A stretch of DNA of 64,000 bases, taken from positions 27,002 through 91,001 of the forward strand of contig SVSW01000002.1 of the NCBI GenBank assembly GCA_015064095.1, written 5' to 3'. Numbering within the stretch: position 1 is the first letter of the stretch; every line of letters begins with the position of its first letter. The notes below the pieces were generated by a model. The model made no database searches, was not told where the DNA came from, and was given only the letters and a program-made list of their open reading frames with translations. The translations under genes and the position numbers were made by a program. Below, in pieces: positions 24,598 to 35,150 of this stretch. The DNA is from Oscillospiraceae bacterium (GTDB lineage Bacteria; Bacillota; Clostridia; Oscillospirales; CAG-272).

Positions 24598-27500
24598 ATG
24601 TTACGTCTTAAAAACATAGTAAAAAATTACACATCGGGAGGAAGTGTCGTCCCTGCGCTGCGCGATGTGAGCATTGACTTTCGCGACAGCGATTTTTGCG
24701 CGGTGCTCGGTCATTCGGGCTGCGGAAAAACGACCCTGCTCAATATAATCGGAGGTCTTGACAAGTATACTTCGGGAGATCTTACAATAAACGGCCGTTC
24801 CACCAAGGGCTTCGGCGACCGCGATTGGGACGCATACCGCAATCACTCGATAGGATTTGTGTTCCAGAGCTATAATCTTATACCTCACCAAACGGTGCTC
24901 TCTAACGTTGAGCTTGCACTCACGCTTTCGGGCGTTTCGAAATCGGAGCGCAAAAGGCGCGCAAAGGAGGCGCTTGAACGCGTCGGTCTGCACGACCAGA
25001 TACACAAGCGCCCGAATCAGCTTTCGGGCGGACAGATGCAGCGCGTTGCCATCGCGCGTGCGCTCGTAAACGATCCTGCGATAATCCTTGCCGACGAGCC
25101 GACGGGTGCGCTTGACACCGAGACCTCCGTTCAGGTCATGGACATCTTAAAGACCGTGGCTGAGGATCGCCTTGTCATAATGGTCACGCACAACCCCGAG
25201 CTTGCCGAGAAATACGCCACCCGCACGATCAAGATGGTTGACGGAAAAATAATTTCCGACTCCCGCCCTCTTACAGATGAGGAATACGCGGCAGGGCAGG
25301 CGCGCGAGGCGCGTCTTTTAGCCGAGAGGAAGGCTAAAAAGAAAAAGGAAAAGAAGCCGTCGATGTCGTTCGGCACATCTTTTATGCTCTCGCTTCGCAA
25401 TCTTTTCACCAAGCGCGGCAGAACTGTGCTGACATCGTTTGCCGGCTCGATCGGTATTATCGGTATCGCTTTGATCATTGCCGTTTCGCAGGGAATGACG
25501 AACTATATAAACGCAGTTCAGGAAAGCACGCTTTCGACTTATCCTTTGACCATTATGTCCGAAACCGTTGACATGACCTCGCTTATCGAGAGCTTTATGG
25601 GCGGAAAGGACGCGCCGACGCACGAAAACGACGCGGTCTATAAAGATCAGGTGATCGCGCAGCTCGTCAACGCGCTCTCCGAGGTCGAAGCGAACAAAAA
25701 CGATCTAAAAGCATTCCGCGAATTTATCGAAGCGGAGCTGGCAGACGAAAATTCGGATCTTTTTGCGGCCGTTAACGGAATTTCTTACACATACGATCTC
25801 GATATCCCGATATACACGGAAAACGTGGACGGCGAGATCATAAAATCGGATACGGGCGAGCTCGTTTCCGAGATGCTCGTTGACTTTATGGCACAGCTCG
25901 CTCAAAGCGATTCTCCGCTTAGCCAAATGGGCAGCTCATCGGGCAGCATCAGCACCGAGATGATGGGAAGCATGATGGGACTTCAAATGTGGGAGGAGCT
26001 GCTTCCGGGTCTTGACGGCGCACCCGTGAACGATCTGATACTCGATCAGTACGAGGTGGTCCACGGCGATTGGCCCAAGGAAAAGAACGAGATAATCCTC
26101 GTGCTCGACAAAAACAACGAGCTTGACGATCTTACGCTGTATGCCCTCGGCCTTTTGCCTCGCGAGGAGATAGAGGCTATAATCAAATCGGCGGCAAACG
26201 GTGAGGCTCTCCCCGAATCCGAAAAAACGAGCTGGAGCTACGAGGAGATCTGCGATATGACCTTCCGCACGATCATGCCTTACGATGCATATAAGGAGAT
26301 CGGCGACAGCGGCGTTTATATGAATGTGCTCGACTACGATGCCGGAACGGTCATTTCAAATCCCGTCGAGCTGCTTTACGAGGACGCGTTTGAGCTGAAG
26401 GTCGTCGGAATCGTTCGCCCGAACGAGAACGCAGATGTTGCTATGCTCACGGGTACTATCGGATACACTCGCGCCTTTACCGAATACGTCATTGAGAGCG
26501 CAAAGGAATCGGACGTTGTCAAAGCGCAGCTTGCCGATCCGTCGATCGACGTGCTGACGGGTCTGCCCTTCAAGTCTAACACTGACACGATGAACGACGC
26601 GGATAAGAGCGAGGCGTTCGGCGAATATGTCGAAAAGCTCACGCAAAAGAGCAAGGCCGAGGCGTTTTTCAAGATCGCGTGCCTTGCGGCGTATGACGAG
26701 GGGCTTGAAGCCGCCACCGATCAGATGATAGGCTTCATGGTCATGGATAGGGACAAAAACGGCGACGGCGGAAAGGGAGAGCTTATGCAAACTATAAGCT
26801 CTATGATCTCGGCGGAGGCCGACATGGACGCCTCTATGGTCTTGTCGTATCTTGATAAGCTGACGGTAGACGAGCTCAAAGAGCTTATCCGCCCAACGAT
26901 CGAGGAGCAGGCAAAAAAGCAGATAGATGCAAAGGTCGAAGCGGGTCTTGCTATGATGAGCGAGGAGATGCGCGCCGCGGCACTTGACACCGCAATGGAA
27001 GATTATACCGAGGCAGAGCGCGCAAGATATTATGACGAAATAACGGAATTTTCCGAGAACACCTACGAAAAGACGCTGGCGACCATCGGCTGCGTTGATC
27101 TTGAAACTCCGTACACGATAAATATTTTCGCATCGACCTTTGAAAACCGCGATGCTATTATTGCGGCGATCGACGAATATAACGAAACCGTGCCCGAGGC
27201 AAAAAAGATCTCAAACACAGACTATCTTGGGATCATGATGGATTCGGTCACGATCATCATAAACGCAATATCCTATGTGCTTATCGCGTTCGTTTCGATC
27301 TCGCTCGTCGTTTCGTCCATTATGATCGGCGTTATCACTCTGATCTCGGTTCAGGAGAGAACTAAGGAGATCGGTATTTTGCGCGCGATCGGTGCATCGA
27401 AGCGCAACGTTTCGAGCATGTTCAACGCAGAAACGATAATCGTCGGCGCGGCGGCGGGTCTGCTCGGCGTGCTTATAACTTATCTTCTCTGCATACCGAT

Positions 27501-27672
27501 CAACGCGATCCTTTACAGCCTCACGGGAATCGCCAACCTGCGTGCGGTGCTGCCCGTAGGTTACGCCGCAATACTCGTTGCTATCAGCATAGTGCTGACG
27601 ATGTTTGCAGGCCTTATCCCCTCAAAGAGCGCGGCAAAGAAGGACCCTGTGGTCGCTCTCAGAACAGAATAA
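24598..27672 (+). CDS. fused ABC transporter ATP-binding protein/permease (MacB/FtsX-type)
   Basis: Walker [10 protein letters not shown], signature [15 protein letters not shown] and Walker [12 protein letters not shown] are present. These are followed by a TM helix, a roughly 600-aa extracytoplasmic region and a C-terminal FtsX-like 3-TM bundle. Confidence 0.88.
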   Translation: MLRLKNIVKNYTSGGSVVPALRDVSIDFRDSDFCAVLGHSGCGKTTLLNIIGGLDKYTSGDLTINGRSTKGFGDRDWDAYRNHSIGFVFQSYNLIPHQTVLSNVELALTLSGVSKSERKRRAKEALERVGLHDQIHKRPNQLSGGQMQRVAIARALVNDPAIILADEPTGALDTETSVQVMDILKTVAEDRLVIMVTHNPELAEKYATRTIKMVDGKIISDSRPLTDEEYAAGQAREARLLAERKAKKKKEKKPSMSFGTSFMLSLRNLFTKRGRTVLTSFAGSIGIIGIALIIAVSQGMTNYINAVQESTLSTYPLTIMSETVDMTSLIESFMGGKDAPTHENDAVYKDQVIAQLVNALSEVEANKNDLKAFREFIEAELADENSDLFAAVNGISYTYDLDIPIYTENVDGEIIKSDTGELVSEMLVDFMAQLAQSDSPLSQMGSSSGSISTEMMGSMMGLQMWEELLPGLDGAPVNDLILDQYEVVHGDWPKEKNEIILVLDKNNELDDLTLYALGLLPREEIEAIIKSAANGEALPESEKTSWSYEEICDMTFRTIMPYDAYKEIGDSGVYMNVLDYDAGTVISNPVELLYEDAFELKVVGIVRPNENADVAMLTGTIGYTRAFTEYVIESAKESDVVKAQLADPSIDVLTGLPFKSNTDTMNDADKSEAFGEYVEKLTQKSKAEAFFKIACLAAYDEGLEAATDQMIGFMVMDRDKNGDGGKGELMQTISSMISAEADMDASMVLSYLDKLTVDELKELIRPTIEEQAKKQIDAKVEAGLAMMSEEMRAAALDTAMEDYTEAERARYYDEITEFSENTYEKTLATIGCVDLETPYTINIFASTFENRDAIIAAIDEYNETVPEAKKISNTDYLGIMMDSVTIIINAISYVLIAFVSISLVVSSIMIGVITLISVQERTKEIGILRAIGASKRNVSSMFNAETIIVGAAAGLLGVLITYLLCIPINAILYSLTGIANLRAVLPVGYAAILVAISIVLTMFAGLIPSKSAAKKDPVVALRTE

Positions 27673-27680
27673 TCAAAAGC

Positions 27681-27710
27681 AAAAAAGGTGCTGAATCTTC
27701 AGCACCTTTT
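27681..27710. terminator. bidirectional terminator
   Basis: AAAAAAGGTGCTGA-ATCT-TCAGCACCTTTT. Confidence 0.75.
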
Positions 27711-28087
27711 CATTTTCCGATAAGAGTGAATTTTAATATCTTGCCCCGTTCGGGGTTCAAGATCTCCTTTTGGAGCCGAAATCCGAGCTTTTTTGCTATT
27801 TTGACAGAGGCTTCGTTCTCTGCCTTGCAGCAAAGCGAGATCTCTACCATGCCGAGCGTTTTTGCAACGTCGAGCAGCGCGCGCGCCGCCGCCGTCGCGT
27901 AGCCGCGGCGGCGGTACGGCTCGTCGATCTCGAAGCCGAGATCGCCGAGCCTCTCGGGCACGCTCCGCGTGCCCGCCGCGCGCAGCCGCGCCTCGCCCAC
28001 GACCGATACTTCGTTGTGAACGGCGTAAATATATGTAAGAAAGCCCTCACGGCTTTCTTTTATTTGCAAAAATTCAAGCTTTACCAT
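27710..28087 (-). CDS. GNAT family N-acetyltransferase
   Basis: 125 aa with the acetyl-CoA motif RRRGYATAAARALLD. The start is at ATG 28087, 1 nt after the MBOAT stop. The 266-aa track ORF is an out-of-context extension. Confidence 0.75.
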   Translation of the reverse strand: MVKLEFLQIKESREGFLTYIYAVHNEVSVVGEARLRAAGTRSVPERLGDLGFEIDEPYRRRGYATAAARALLDVAKTLGMVEISLCCKAENEASVKIAKKLGFRLQKEILNPERGKILKFTLIGK

Positions 28088-28088
28088 A

Positions 28089-29447
28089 TCAAAATCTAAA
28101 ATACAGAAATGGGTTGTAGGACGAACTGACAAGATAGACAACGGAGAGAGCAAAAGCTCCGACCGAAAGGGCGGAAGCCAAGAGCTTTTTGCGAGAGAAT
28201 CGGTAAAAAAGCTTTTTCGGCAAGGGTGTGGCGGCAAAAAAAGCCACGCAGAGAAAGGGCAGGTGGCGCAAGATCTCGTAGAGATCGCCGAGGGCAAAGG
28301 TGTTGAAGGAAAACATGGTTTTAAGATAGGCAAGCCCCGATGCGGGCTCGTCAAAGGCGAAGATGAGCCAGCCGAGCGAGATAAAAAACAGTGCATATCC
28401 GTGGGAAACAAAGCGCGGCAATTTTTCAAGAAATTTTGAAAGGAACGTCTTTTCCGCAACGAGCAAAACGAAATAATAAAGCCCCCAGATCGCGAAATTG
28501 ACGGTTGCACCGTGCCAAAGCCCCGTAAAGAGCCAAACGCAAAAGAGATTGAAATACGTGCGCGCGCGGCCGCGGCGATTGCCGCCGAGGGGTATATAAA
28601 GATACTCGCGAAACCAAGACGAAAGTGTGATGTGCCAGCGCCGCCAAAACTCCGTCAGGCTATGTGATATATAGGGGTAATTGAAATTTTCGGGAAAATC
28701 AAAGCCAAGAATTTTTCCAAGACCGATCGCCATGTCGGAATAGCCGGAAAAATCAAAATAAATGAAAAGCGAGTAGAAAATAAGGCCAAGGCGGGCAAGA
28801 ATAACGGTGCGGTCATCGGGTGAAAGGGCAGATATAGTATCCCACATAGCCGAGGCGGTGTTCGCTATAAGCACCTTTTTTGCAAGGCCGCAAACAAACC
28901 TCCGAATACCCGATGCTATCGCATCGGCAGACGGGCGCGCGGGCGCGGCAAGCTCCCTCGAAACATCTTGGTATTTGACGATAGGGCCTGCTATAAGCTG
29001 GGGAAAAAGGGTGACATATGCAAAGAATGTGACGGGGTTTTTCTCGGGTGGAAGATCGCCGCGCCAGACGTCAATGACATAGGAAAGGGCTTGAAAAATA
29101 TAGAACGAGATCCCGATGGGGAGCGCAAGCCCGAGCCGCGACATGCCGAGGAAGGCAAGAAGGGTATCAAAATATTTAAAGAAGAAAAGGGTCAGAATAT
29201 TCGCCGCGACGGCGAAGGCGAGCAGTACTTTTCTGCACTTTTTTGCCCTTGCGATCAATATGGCGAAGAAATAATCGAAAAGGATAACGCCGAGCATAAG
29301 CGGCAGGTGAAAAAGACCGCCGAATGCATAGAAAACGATGCTCGCGAAAAGAATTGCGAGATTTTTTGCGCGCAGCGGCACGCACAGAGTGAAAAAAAGC
29401 GCAACGGGCAAAAAGAGAAATAAAAATTCAACAGAAGAAAATACCAT
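28089..29447 (-). CDS. MBOAT family O-acyltransferase (AlgI/DltB-like)
   Basis: 452-aa polytopic protein with the RRWHITLSSWFREYLYIPLGG motif including the conserved His. Confidence 0.88.
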   Translation of the reverse strand: MVFSSVEFLFLFLPVALFFTLCVPLRAKNLAILFASIVFYAFGGLFHLPLMLGVILFDYFFAILIARAKKCRKVLLAFAVAANILTLFFFKYFDTLLAFLGMSRLGLALPIGISFYIFQALSYVIDVWRGDLPPEKNPVTFFAYVTLFPQLIAGPIVKYQDVSRELAAPARPSADAIASGIRRFVCGLAKKVLIANTASAMWDTISALSPDDRTVILARLGLIFYSLFIYFDFSGYSDMAIGLGKILGFDFPENFNYPYISHSLTEFWRRWHITLSSWFREYLYIPLGGNRRGRARTYFNLFCVWLFTGLWHGATVNFAIWGLYYFVLLVAEKTFLSKFLEKLPRFVSHGYALFFISLGWLIFAFDEPASGLAYLKTMFSFNTFALGDLYEILRHLPFLCVAFFAATPLPKKLFYRFSRKKLLASALSVGAFALSVVYLVSSSYNPFLYFRF

Positions 29448-29499
29448 TTTTTATCCTTAAAAATTTATGTAGTATTTTCTTTTGAAAGACCTCCCTGCC

Positions 29500-31041
29500 C
29501 TAATGCCAGTATTTTCTGTCAAGCGAGCGAAGCTGGATCGCCTCGGCGATATGAGCCGCGCCTATATTTTCGCTGCGGTCAAGATCGGCAATAGTTCGCG
29601 CCACACGCACCGTACGGTCGTATCCGCGCGCCGAGAGCCCGAGGCTTTCGTACGCGCTCCTCAAAAGCTCGTATGCCTCGCCCTCGATCTTGCAGTACCG
29701 ACGCAAGGACGCCGAATCAAGCTGTGCGTTGCAAAAGATCTTCTTCTCGCCTGCCATGCGGCGGCGCGCCGCCGCCCTCGCCTCAATGACCCTTTCGCGG
29801 ATCACGGCCGAAGGCTCGCCGTCGGGCGCCGAGCCCGAAAGCTCTTCGTACGAGATCGACGGCAGCTCGATCTGAATATCGATACGGTCAAGCAGAGGTC
29901 CGCTTATTCGGGAAACGTATTTTCTAACGTCGTTTTGCGAGCAGGTGCACTCGTGCGTCGGATCTCCGAAATATCCGCAACGGCAAGGGTTCATTGCCGC
30001 AACGAGCATAAAATCGCAAGGATAGGTCACACGTCCCGCCGCGCGAGTGATGGTCACGCGCTTATCTTCAAGCGGCTGGCGCAAGGAATCCGTGACGGTT
30101 TTCGGAAATTCGGGCAGCTCGTCAAGAAACAGGACCCCGTTATGCGCAAGCGAGATCTCGCCCGGGCGCGGATTGACACCGCCGCCAACCAAGCTGACCG
30201 AGCTCATCGTGTGGTGAGGCGAACGGAAAGGACGGGTCGAAAGCAAGGACGTGCCGTCGTGTAAAATGCCCGAAACGGAATGGATCTTAGTCGTTTCGAC
30301 TGCCTCGTCGAAATTCAGCGGCGGCAATATCGAGGGCAGGCGCTTTGCAAGCATGGATTTTCCCGTTCCGGGTGGGCCTATCAAGAGAATATTGTGTCCG
30401 CCCGCCGCTGCGATCTCCATTGCCCGCTTCGCGAGAAGCTGACCGCGAACGTCGGCAAAATCGAGCGAAAATGAGGATTTTGACGAAAAGAAGCCTTCCT
30501 CGTCAAAGACCTGCGGCGAGATCGGAGAAATACCGTTCAGATGATTGACAAGCGATACTACATCGGAAACTCCGTAAACGCGTATACCCGAAACGGCACA
30601 CGCCTCGGTGGCATTTTCGGCGGGAAGATAGAATTCCTCAAAGCCCGCGTCGCGCGCGGCAGAGCACATGGAGAGCGCACCGCGCACAGGCCGAAGCTGA
30701 CCCGAAAGGGAAAGCTCGCCGACAAAGCATTTTTTCGAAAGATCGACCTCGGGGCGCAAATATCCGCCGCTGCGGATAATTCCGAGGAGTATTGCAACGT
30801 CAAATGCCGAGCCTTCCTTTTTTCGGTCGGCAGGGGCAAGATTTATCATAATATCGAGCGCGGGAAAGCGGAAGCCGCTGTTTTCGCAAGCGGTGCGAAC
30901 GCGGTCGCGCGCCTCCTTAACGGCAAGGTCCGGCAAGCCGACGAGTGTAAATTCGGGGATCTTGCGCATTGCGTTACATTCGGCGGTGACGATGAAGCCG
31001 TCGATGCCGAAAAGCCCCGCGCTGTAAATTTCGGAAAGCAT
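29500..31041 (-). CDS. YifB/ComM family Mg-chelatase-like AAA+ ATPase
   Basis: 513 aa with a Lon-protease-like N-domain, Walker A GPPGTGKSM and a C-terminal ChlI-like region. Confidence 0.9.
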   Translation of the reverse strand: MLSEIYSAGLFGIDGFIVTAECNAMRKIPEFTLVGLPDLAVKEARDRVRTACENSGFRFPALDIMINLAPADRKKEGSAFDVAILLGIIRSGGYLRPEVDLSKKCFVGELSLSGQLRPVRGALSMCSAARDAGFEEFYLPAENATEACAVSGIRVYGVSDVVSLVNHLNGISPISPQVFDEEGFFSSKSSFSLDFADVRGQLLAKRAMEIAAAGGHNILLIGPPGTGKSMLAKRLPSILPPLNFDEAVETTKIHSVSGILHDGTSLLSTRPFRSPHHTMSSVSLVGGGVNPRPGEISLAHNGVLFLDELPEFPKTVTDSLRQPLEDKRVTITRAAGRVTYPCDFMLVAAMNPCRCGYFGDPTHECTCSQNDVRKYVSRISGPLLDRIDIQIELPSISYEELSGSAPDGEPSAVIRERVIEARAAARRRMAGEKKIFCNAQLDSASLRRYCKIEGEAYELLRSAYESLGLSARGYDRTVRVARTIADLDRSENIGAAHIAEAIQLRSLDRKYWH

Positions 31042-31059
31042 ATTTTTCCTCCGCTTATA

Positions 31060-31851
31060 TTAATGGTTAGTTTTGTCTTTATTTATTCGTGGGCAAGTGG
31101 GCAAGTGGGCAAAATTTGATATTTCGCCCGAGGCGATACGCCTTTCCTCGCCGTCATCGGTGAGGATCCGCAAAAAGCAGTTTTCGTCAACCCCGAGCAC
31201 CGTTCCGATAACCTTTTTTTGCCCGTTTGCGTAATCCGTGACCTCGGCGCGCTCGCCCTGCCCGAAAAGATCGCGTGAATAAAGCTTTCGTATCTCGCTT
31301 TTATTAAGCGAGATCAGCTCTCCGAGCCGCGCTGCTATCGCCGCCGCAAGAGAGAGCTTGTCGCCCTCAAAGCCGATAGCCGCCGCGCGTGCGCGTATAT
31401 CCTCGGGAAATCCGCCGAGCGGTTCTCTAAGATTTATTCCGATACCGACGCAAACACGGGCGATCGCTCCGTTTTCCGTTTGCGCCTCGGTCAGTATGCC
31501 GCAGACCTTTTTGCCGTTCATCAAAATATCGTTGACCCATTTGATGCAAAGCCCCGAAACCCCCCATGATGCAAGGGTGTCGCGAACCGCAACGGCTGCC
31601 GATGCTGTTAAAAAGGAAACACTGCAAGCGATCCTTTCGGGATCGAGTGACACCGACATATAAAGACCGCCGTCGGGCGAGAAAAAGCTCCGCCCAAGCC
31701 GACCGCGTCCGCCGCTTTGCCTGTCCGCCAAAACGACCGAAAGATGCTCACCGCCCGTCATAAGCGCCGTTTTATTGGTCGAATCAAGCTCGTCAAAATG
31801 CAAAATTTCAATTCCGTTTATATGTTTTTTCATCAATTCTCTCACATACAT
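31060..31851 (-). CDS. birA: biotin--[acetyl-CoA-carboxylase] ligase (no N-terminal HTH)
   Basis: GRGRLGRSF motif, KWVNDI and a C-terminal SH3-like domain. Confidence 0.85.
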   Translation of the reverse strand: MYVRELMKKHINGIEILHFDELDSTNKTALMTGGEHLSVVLADRQSGGRGRLGRSFFSPDGGLYMSVSLDPERIACSVSFLTASAAVAVRDTLASWGVSGLCIKWVNDILMNGKKVCGILTEAQTENGAIARVCVGIGINLREPLGGFPEDIRARAAAIGFEGDKLSLAAAIAARLGELISLNKSEIRKLYSRDLFGQGERAEVTDYANGQKKVIGTVLGVDENCFLRILTDDGEERRIASGEISNFAHLPTCPRINKDKTNH

Positions 31852-31977
31852 TTATTACTATTTATTATAATGTAATTTTCAATATCTGTCAATGAGTTTC
31901 AAAATGTCGAAATAAATTCGGTTTACAACCCGAGAAGTTTATGTTATAATATAGAAAATAAATCTTTCGGAGCAAAA

Positions 31978-32568
31978 ATGAACGTATACGATTTTGACGG
32001 AACGGTATATCGCGGCGACAGCTCGGTGGATTTTTATCTTTTCTGCCTGCGCCGTCACCCTTCGGTGCTTCGGCACTTCCCCGCGCAAGCGGCGGCGTTT
32101 TTTCGCTATCGCCGCAAAAAATGCAATAAGACTGCGATGAAACAGGTCTTTTTCTCGTATCTTGCAAAGATTTCCGATCTTGATGCCGAGCTCTGCGCAT
32201 TTTGGAGATCGCACGAAAAAAAGATCTTTCCATACTATATTGCGCAAAAGCGCGACGATGACGTTATAATTTCCGCATCGCCCGAGTTTTTGCTCGCGCC
32301 GATCTGCCAAAAGCTGGGCGTACCTGCCCCCATCGGCTCGCGCGTTGACCGCAAAACGGGCGAATTTTCCTCAAAAAACTGCCACGACACCGAAAAAGTC
32401 GCGCGCTTTCGCGAAATATACGGCGACAGCGAGATCGAACGCTTTTATTCCGATTCGCGCTCCGATTCACCGCTTGCCGAGCTTGCAAAAGAGGCGTTTT
32501 TCGTCAAAAAAGGGGCGCCTGAGCCCTGGGGCGATATCGACCCCGCCGAGCTTGTGGGCGAGATGTGA
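31978..32568 (+). CDS. HAD-superfamily (IB-like) phosphatase
   Basis: The N-terminus VYDFDGTV carries the DxDG nucleophile motif. The C-terminus has YSDSRSD. Confidence 0.65.
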   Translation: MNVYDFDGTVYRGDSSVDFYLFCLRRHPSVLRHFPAQAAAFFRYRRKKCNKTAMKQVFFSYLAKISDLDAELCAFWRSHEKKIFPYYIAQKRDDDVIISASPEFLLAPICQKLGVPAPIGSRVDRKTGEFSSKNCHDTEKVARFREIYGDSEIERFYSDSRSDSPLAELAKEAFFVKKGAPEPWGDIDPAELVGEM

Positions 32569-32640
32569 GCGCGTTTTGTTCCTTGACTTTTCTTTCGCTT
32601 GTGATATAATAATTATAATGAAATTTTTTCGGAGGGCAAG

Positions 32641-33501
32641 ATGAGCGATCGCGAGAAAAATGAAATAGTGGGCGGTATGCTCTATCTTGTTGCAACGCCG
32701 ATCGGCAATCTTGCCGATCTTTCGGAGAGGGCTGTAAAGGTGCTCTCGGAGGTTGATTTCATCGCCGCCGAGGACACACGAAACAGCCGCCGACTGCTCT
32801 CGGCACTTGGGATCGGCAAGGAGATGCTTTCGTATCACGATCATAATCGCCGTGAGCGCGGAGAGGAGATCGCGCGCCGCTTAAAAACGGGCGAATCCTG
32901 CGCGCTGATCACCGATGCGGGCACTCCCGGTATAAGCGACCCCGGCGAGGATATGGTGGCGCTTTGCGCCGCCGAGGATATCCCCGTGACCTTGATCCCC
33001 GGACCCTGCGCCGCTATAAACGCGCTCGTGCTTTCGGGCTTGCCGACCGAAAGGTTCGTTTTCGAGGGATTTCTTTCGGCAAAGGCATCGGAAAGGCGCG
33101 CGGCGCTCGATGAGCTTAAAGGCGAAAAAAGGACCGTCATTTTCCACGAAGCACCGCACAAGCTGCGCGCGGCGCTTGCAGATATGTGCGAGGCTTTCGG
33201 CGAGGACCGAAGGATCGCCCTTTGCCGCGAGCTGACAAAGCTCAACGAGGAGATAATCAGAACAACGCTCGGCGGAGCTTGCGAGCTTTATGCGGAGCGC
33301 GAGCCGAGGGGCGAGTTCGTGCTCGTCGTTGAGGGGGCGAAAGATGCAAAGGAAGAAAAGTTCTTTGTCTGTATGACGGAGCGCGAGCACGTCGGACATT
33401 ATATATCGCTCGGTATGAGCAAAAACGATGCAATAAAGGCCGCGGCGCGCGACCGCGGAGTGCATAAAAGCGAGATCTATAAATTTATGATAGAGGAGTG
33501 A
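32641..33501 (+). CDS. rsmI: 16S rRNA (cytidine1402-2'-O)-methyltransferase
   Basis: LYLVATPIGNLADLS, AAEDTR and TDAGTPGISDPG motifs. Confidence 0.92.
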   Translation: MSDREKNEIVGGMLYLVATPIGNLADLSERAVKVLSEVDFIAAEDTRNSRRLLSALGIGKEMLSYHDHNRRERGEEIARRLKTGESCALITDAGTPGISDPGEDMVALCAAEDIPVTLIPGPCAAINALVLSGLPTERFVFEGFLSAKASERRAALDELKGEKRTVIFHEAPHKLRAALADMCEAFGEDRRIALCRELTKLNEEIIRTTLGGACELYAEREPRGEFVLVVEGAKDAKEEKFFVCMTEREHVGHYISLGMSKNDAIKAAARDRGVHKSEIYKFMIEE

Positions 33502-34544
33502 GCGCGTTGGAGATAATAACCGAGGCTGATTTTCGGCGAAGCCTGAAATCGGAGCTTCGAGGCATGTATTTTTTCTTCGGAGCCGAGGACTATTTGAAAA
33601 AGAACGCCGTCCGCGCGGCTCGGCAAAACGTTTGCCCCGACCCTTCCCTCGAATTTTTCAACGATATAAAAATAAGCGGCAGCGAATTTGACCCTGCCGC
33701 CTTTCTCGCCGCTTTGCCCACCCTCCCCGTTATGGCAGACAAAAAGCTGATCGAGATCACGGGCCTTGATATGGCTATACTCAAAAGAGAGTATAAAACG
33801 GAGGCGTTTTTCGCCTGCCTTGCCGAGGCAAAGGAATACGATTTTAACGTGATAATAATAAGCGTTGTTGCCGAAGGGATTGAGGAAGGGCGTTTGCCGA
33901 AATCCCCGTCGGCGGCACTCAAAACGGTCGGCGAATACGCAACGCTCGTCAATTTTGAAAGATCAACGCCCGAGCAGCTTTCCCGCTGGGTCGGCGCGCA
34001 TTTTGCGCACAACGGAATCGAGGCGGCACCCGCTATGTGCGCGGAGCTTATCGAATTTTGCGGCAAGGATATGTTCGTCCTTTCAAACGAAACGGACAAG
34101 CTTTCTTGGTTCTTGCACTCGAAAAACAGAACGAGGCTTGAGCGCGCGGATATAGGAGATATATCGATCGCCGATACGGGATACGATACTTATGCTTTTG
34201 CAAACGCGCTGACATCGCGCCGCCGCGCCGATGCTTTGCTCATTCTTGCGGAGATGAAAAGAAAGCGCATAAGACCCGAGATGATCTTGGGCGAGATCTC
34301 AGCCACGTTTTGCAATATGCTGATGATCCGCCTGCTCGCCGCCGACGGTCTTTCGCCGAAGGATATAGGTCAAAAAATGGGAAAAATGCACGAATATAAG
34401 GTCAAGCTGCTGCTCGCGGCAGCCCCTCCCGCAGATCGCATACGCGAGCTTATCGAGCTTTGCGAGCGCGCCGACGCAGGCGTGAAGCGATCGGTGGTTG
34501 ACGCCTATATGCCGATAGAGCAGCTGATCTGCTCTTTGACGTGA
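33498..34544 (+). CDS. holA: DNA polymerase III subunit delta
   Basis: 348 aa with YFFFGAEDYL near the N-terminus and typical HolA length and architecture. The GTG start overlaps the rsmI stop. Confidence 0.8.
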   Translation: MSALEIITEADFRRSLKSELRGMYFFFGAEDYLKKNAVRAARQNVCPDPSLEFFNDIKISGSEFDPAAFLAALPTLPVMADKKLIEITGLDMAILKREYKTEAFFACLAEAKEYDFNVIIISVVAEGIEEGRLPKSPSAALKTVGEYATLVNFERSTPEQLSRWVGAHFAHNGIEAAPAMCAELIEFCGKDMFVLSNETDKLSWFLHSKNRTRLERADIGDISIADTGYDTYAFANALTSRRRADALLILAEMKRKRIRPEMILGEISATFCNMLMIRLLAADGLSPKDIGQKMGKMHEYKVKLLLAAAPPADRIRELIELCERADAGVKRSVVDAYMPIEQLICSLT

Positions 34545-35056
34545 TGGGCGCGCTTTATATAATTTTCGCGGCGATACCCGTGCTTGCCGCGATCGCTTCC
34601 TTCTTTCCTCAGCTCACGGGACGCGGCGAGCCGATACCTGTCGGCGTGGTCGAATATACGGTGTTTGCACCGAAAAAATATCTTGTTGGCGGCGCGCTCG
34701 GCATCGGCGGCTTCGGAATACTTTTTCTTCTTTTGACGGACGGTGCTTTGGGTATTGCCGACGAACGCCTTGCGCTTTTGCTGCTTGCCGCCCTTCTTGT
34801 CGGCGAGGTCATATCGGTATATTTCGTTATATATTATTTTTCGTACAGGCTTACGGTGCGCGGCGGTGTGATATTTTACAAATTGCCCGCGCGGCGCGAG
34901 CTTTGCGTGCCTATCCGAGAGCTCGAAGGATATCTGACAAAAGGCAGCTCTGCCGTTTTGTTTTGGAAAGGAAAAAAGATATACGCCGAGGGCGCGGGAA
35001 CGGAAATTTTGCTCTCCGAGCTTGAATCAAGAAACATAAAAAAAGGAAAACCGTAA
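34541..35056 (+). CDS. hypothetical membrane protein
   Basis: 171-aa ORF with 3 hydrophobic helices, translationally coupled to holA. Confidence 0.55.
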   Translation: MMGALYIIFAAIPVLAAIASFFPQLTGRGEPIPVGVVEYTVFAPKKYLVGGALGIGGFGILFLLLTDGALGIADERLALLLLAALLVGEVISVYFVIYYFSYRLTVRGGVIFYKLPARRELCVPIRELEGYLTKGSSAVLFWKGKKIYAEGAGTEILLSELESRNIKKGKP

Positions 35057-35058
35057 AT

Positions 35059-35098
35059 GGCGGAGAATCGTGAAAATTCTCCGCCGCTTTTTTGTTTT
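35059..35098 (+). terminator. rho-independent terminator
   Basis: GGCGGAGAAT..ATTCTCCGCC followed by GCTTTTTTGTTTTTT. Confidence 0.75.
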
Positions 35099-35150
35099 TT
35101 ATTTACAGATAATGATCTCGCACGGCTTGCCCGTTTTTTCGGCGTATTTT

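Noticed and set aside
28088-28510. Upstream 141 codons of the 266-aa ORF 27710..28510
   Set aside because: This part overlaps the MBOAT gene out of frame. The GNAT fold begins at the internal Met at 28087.
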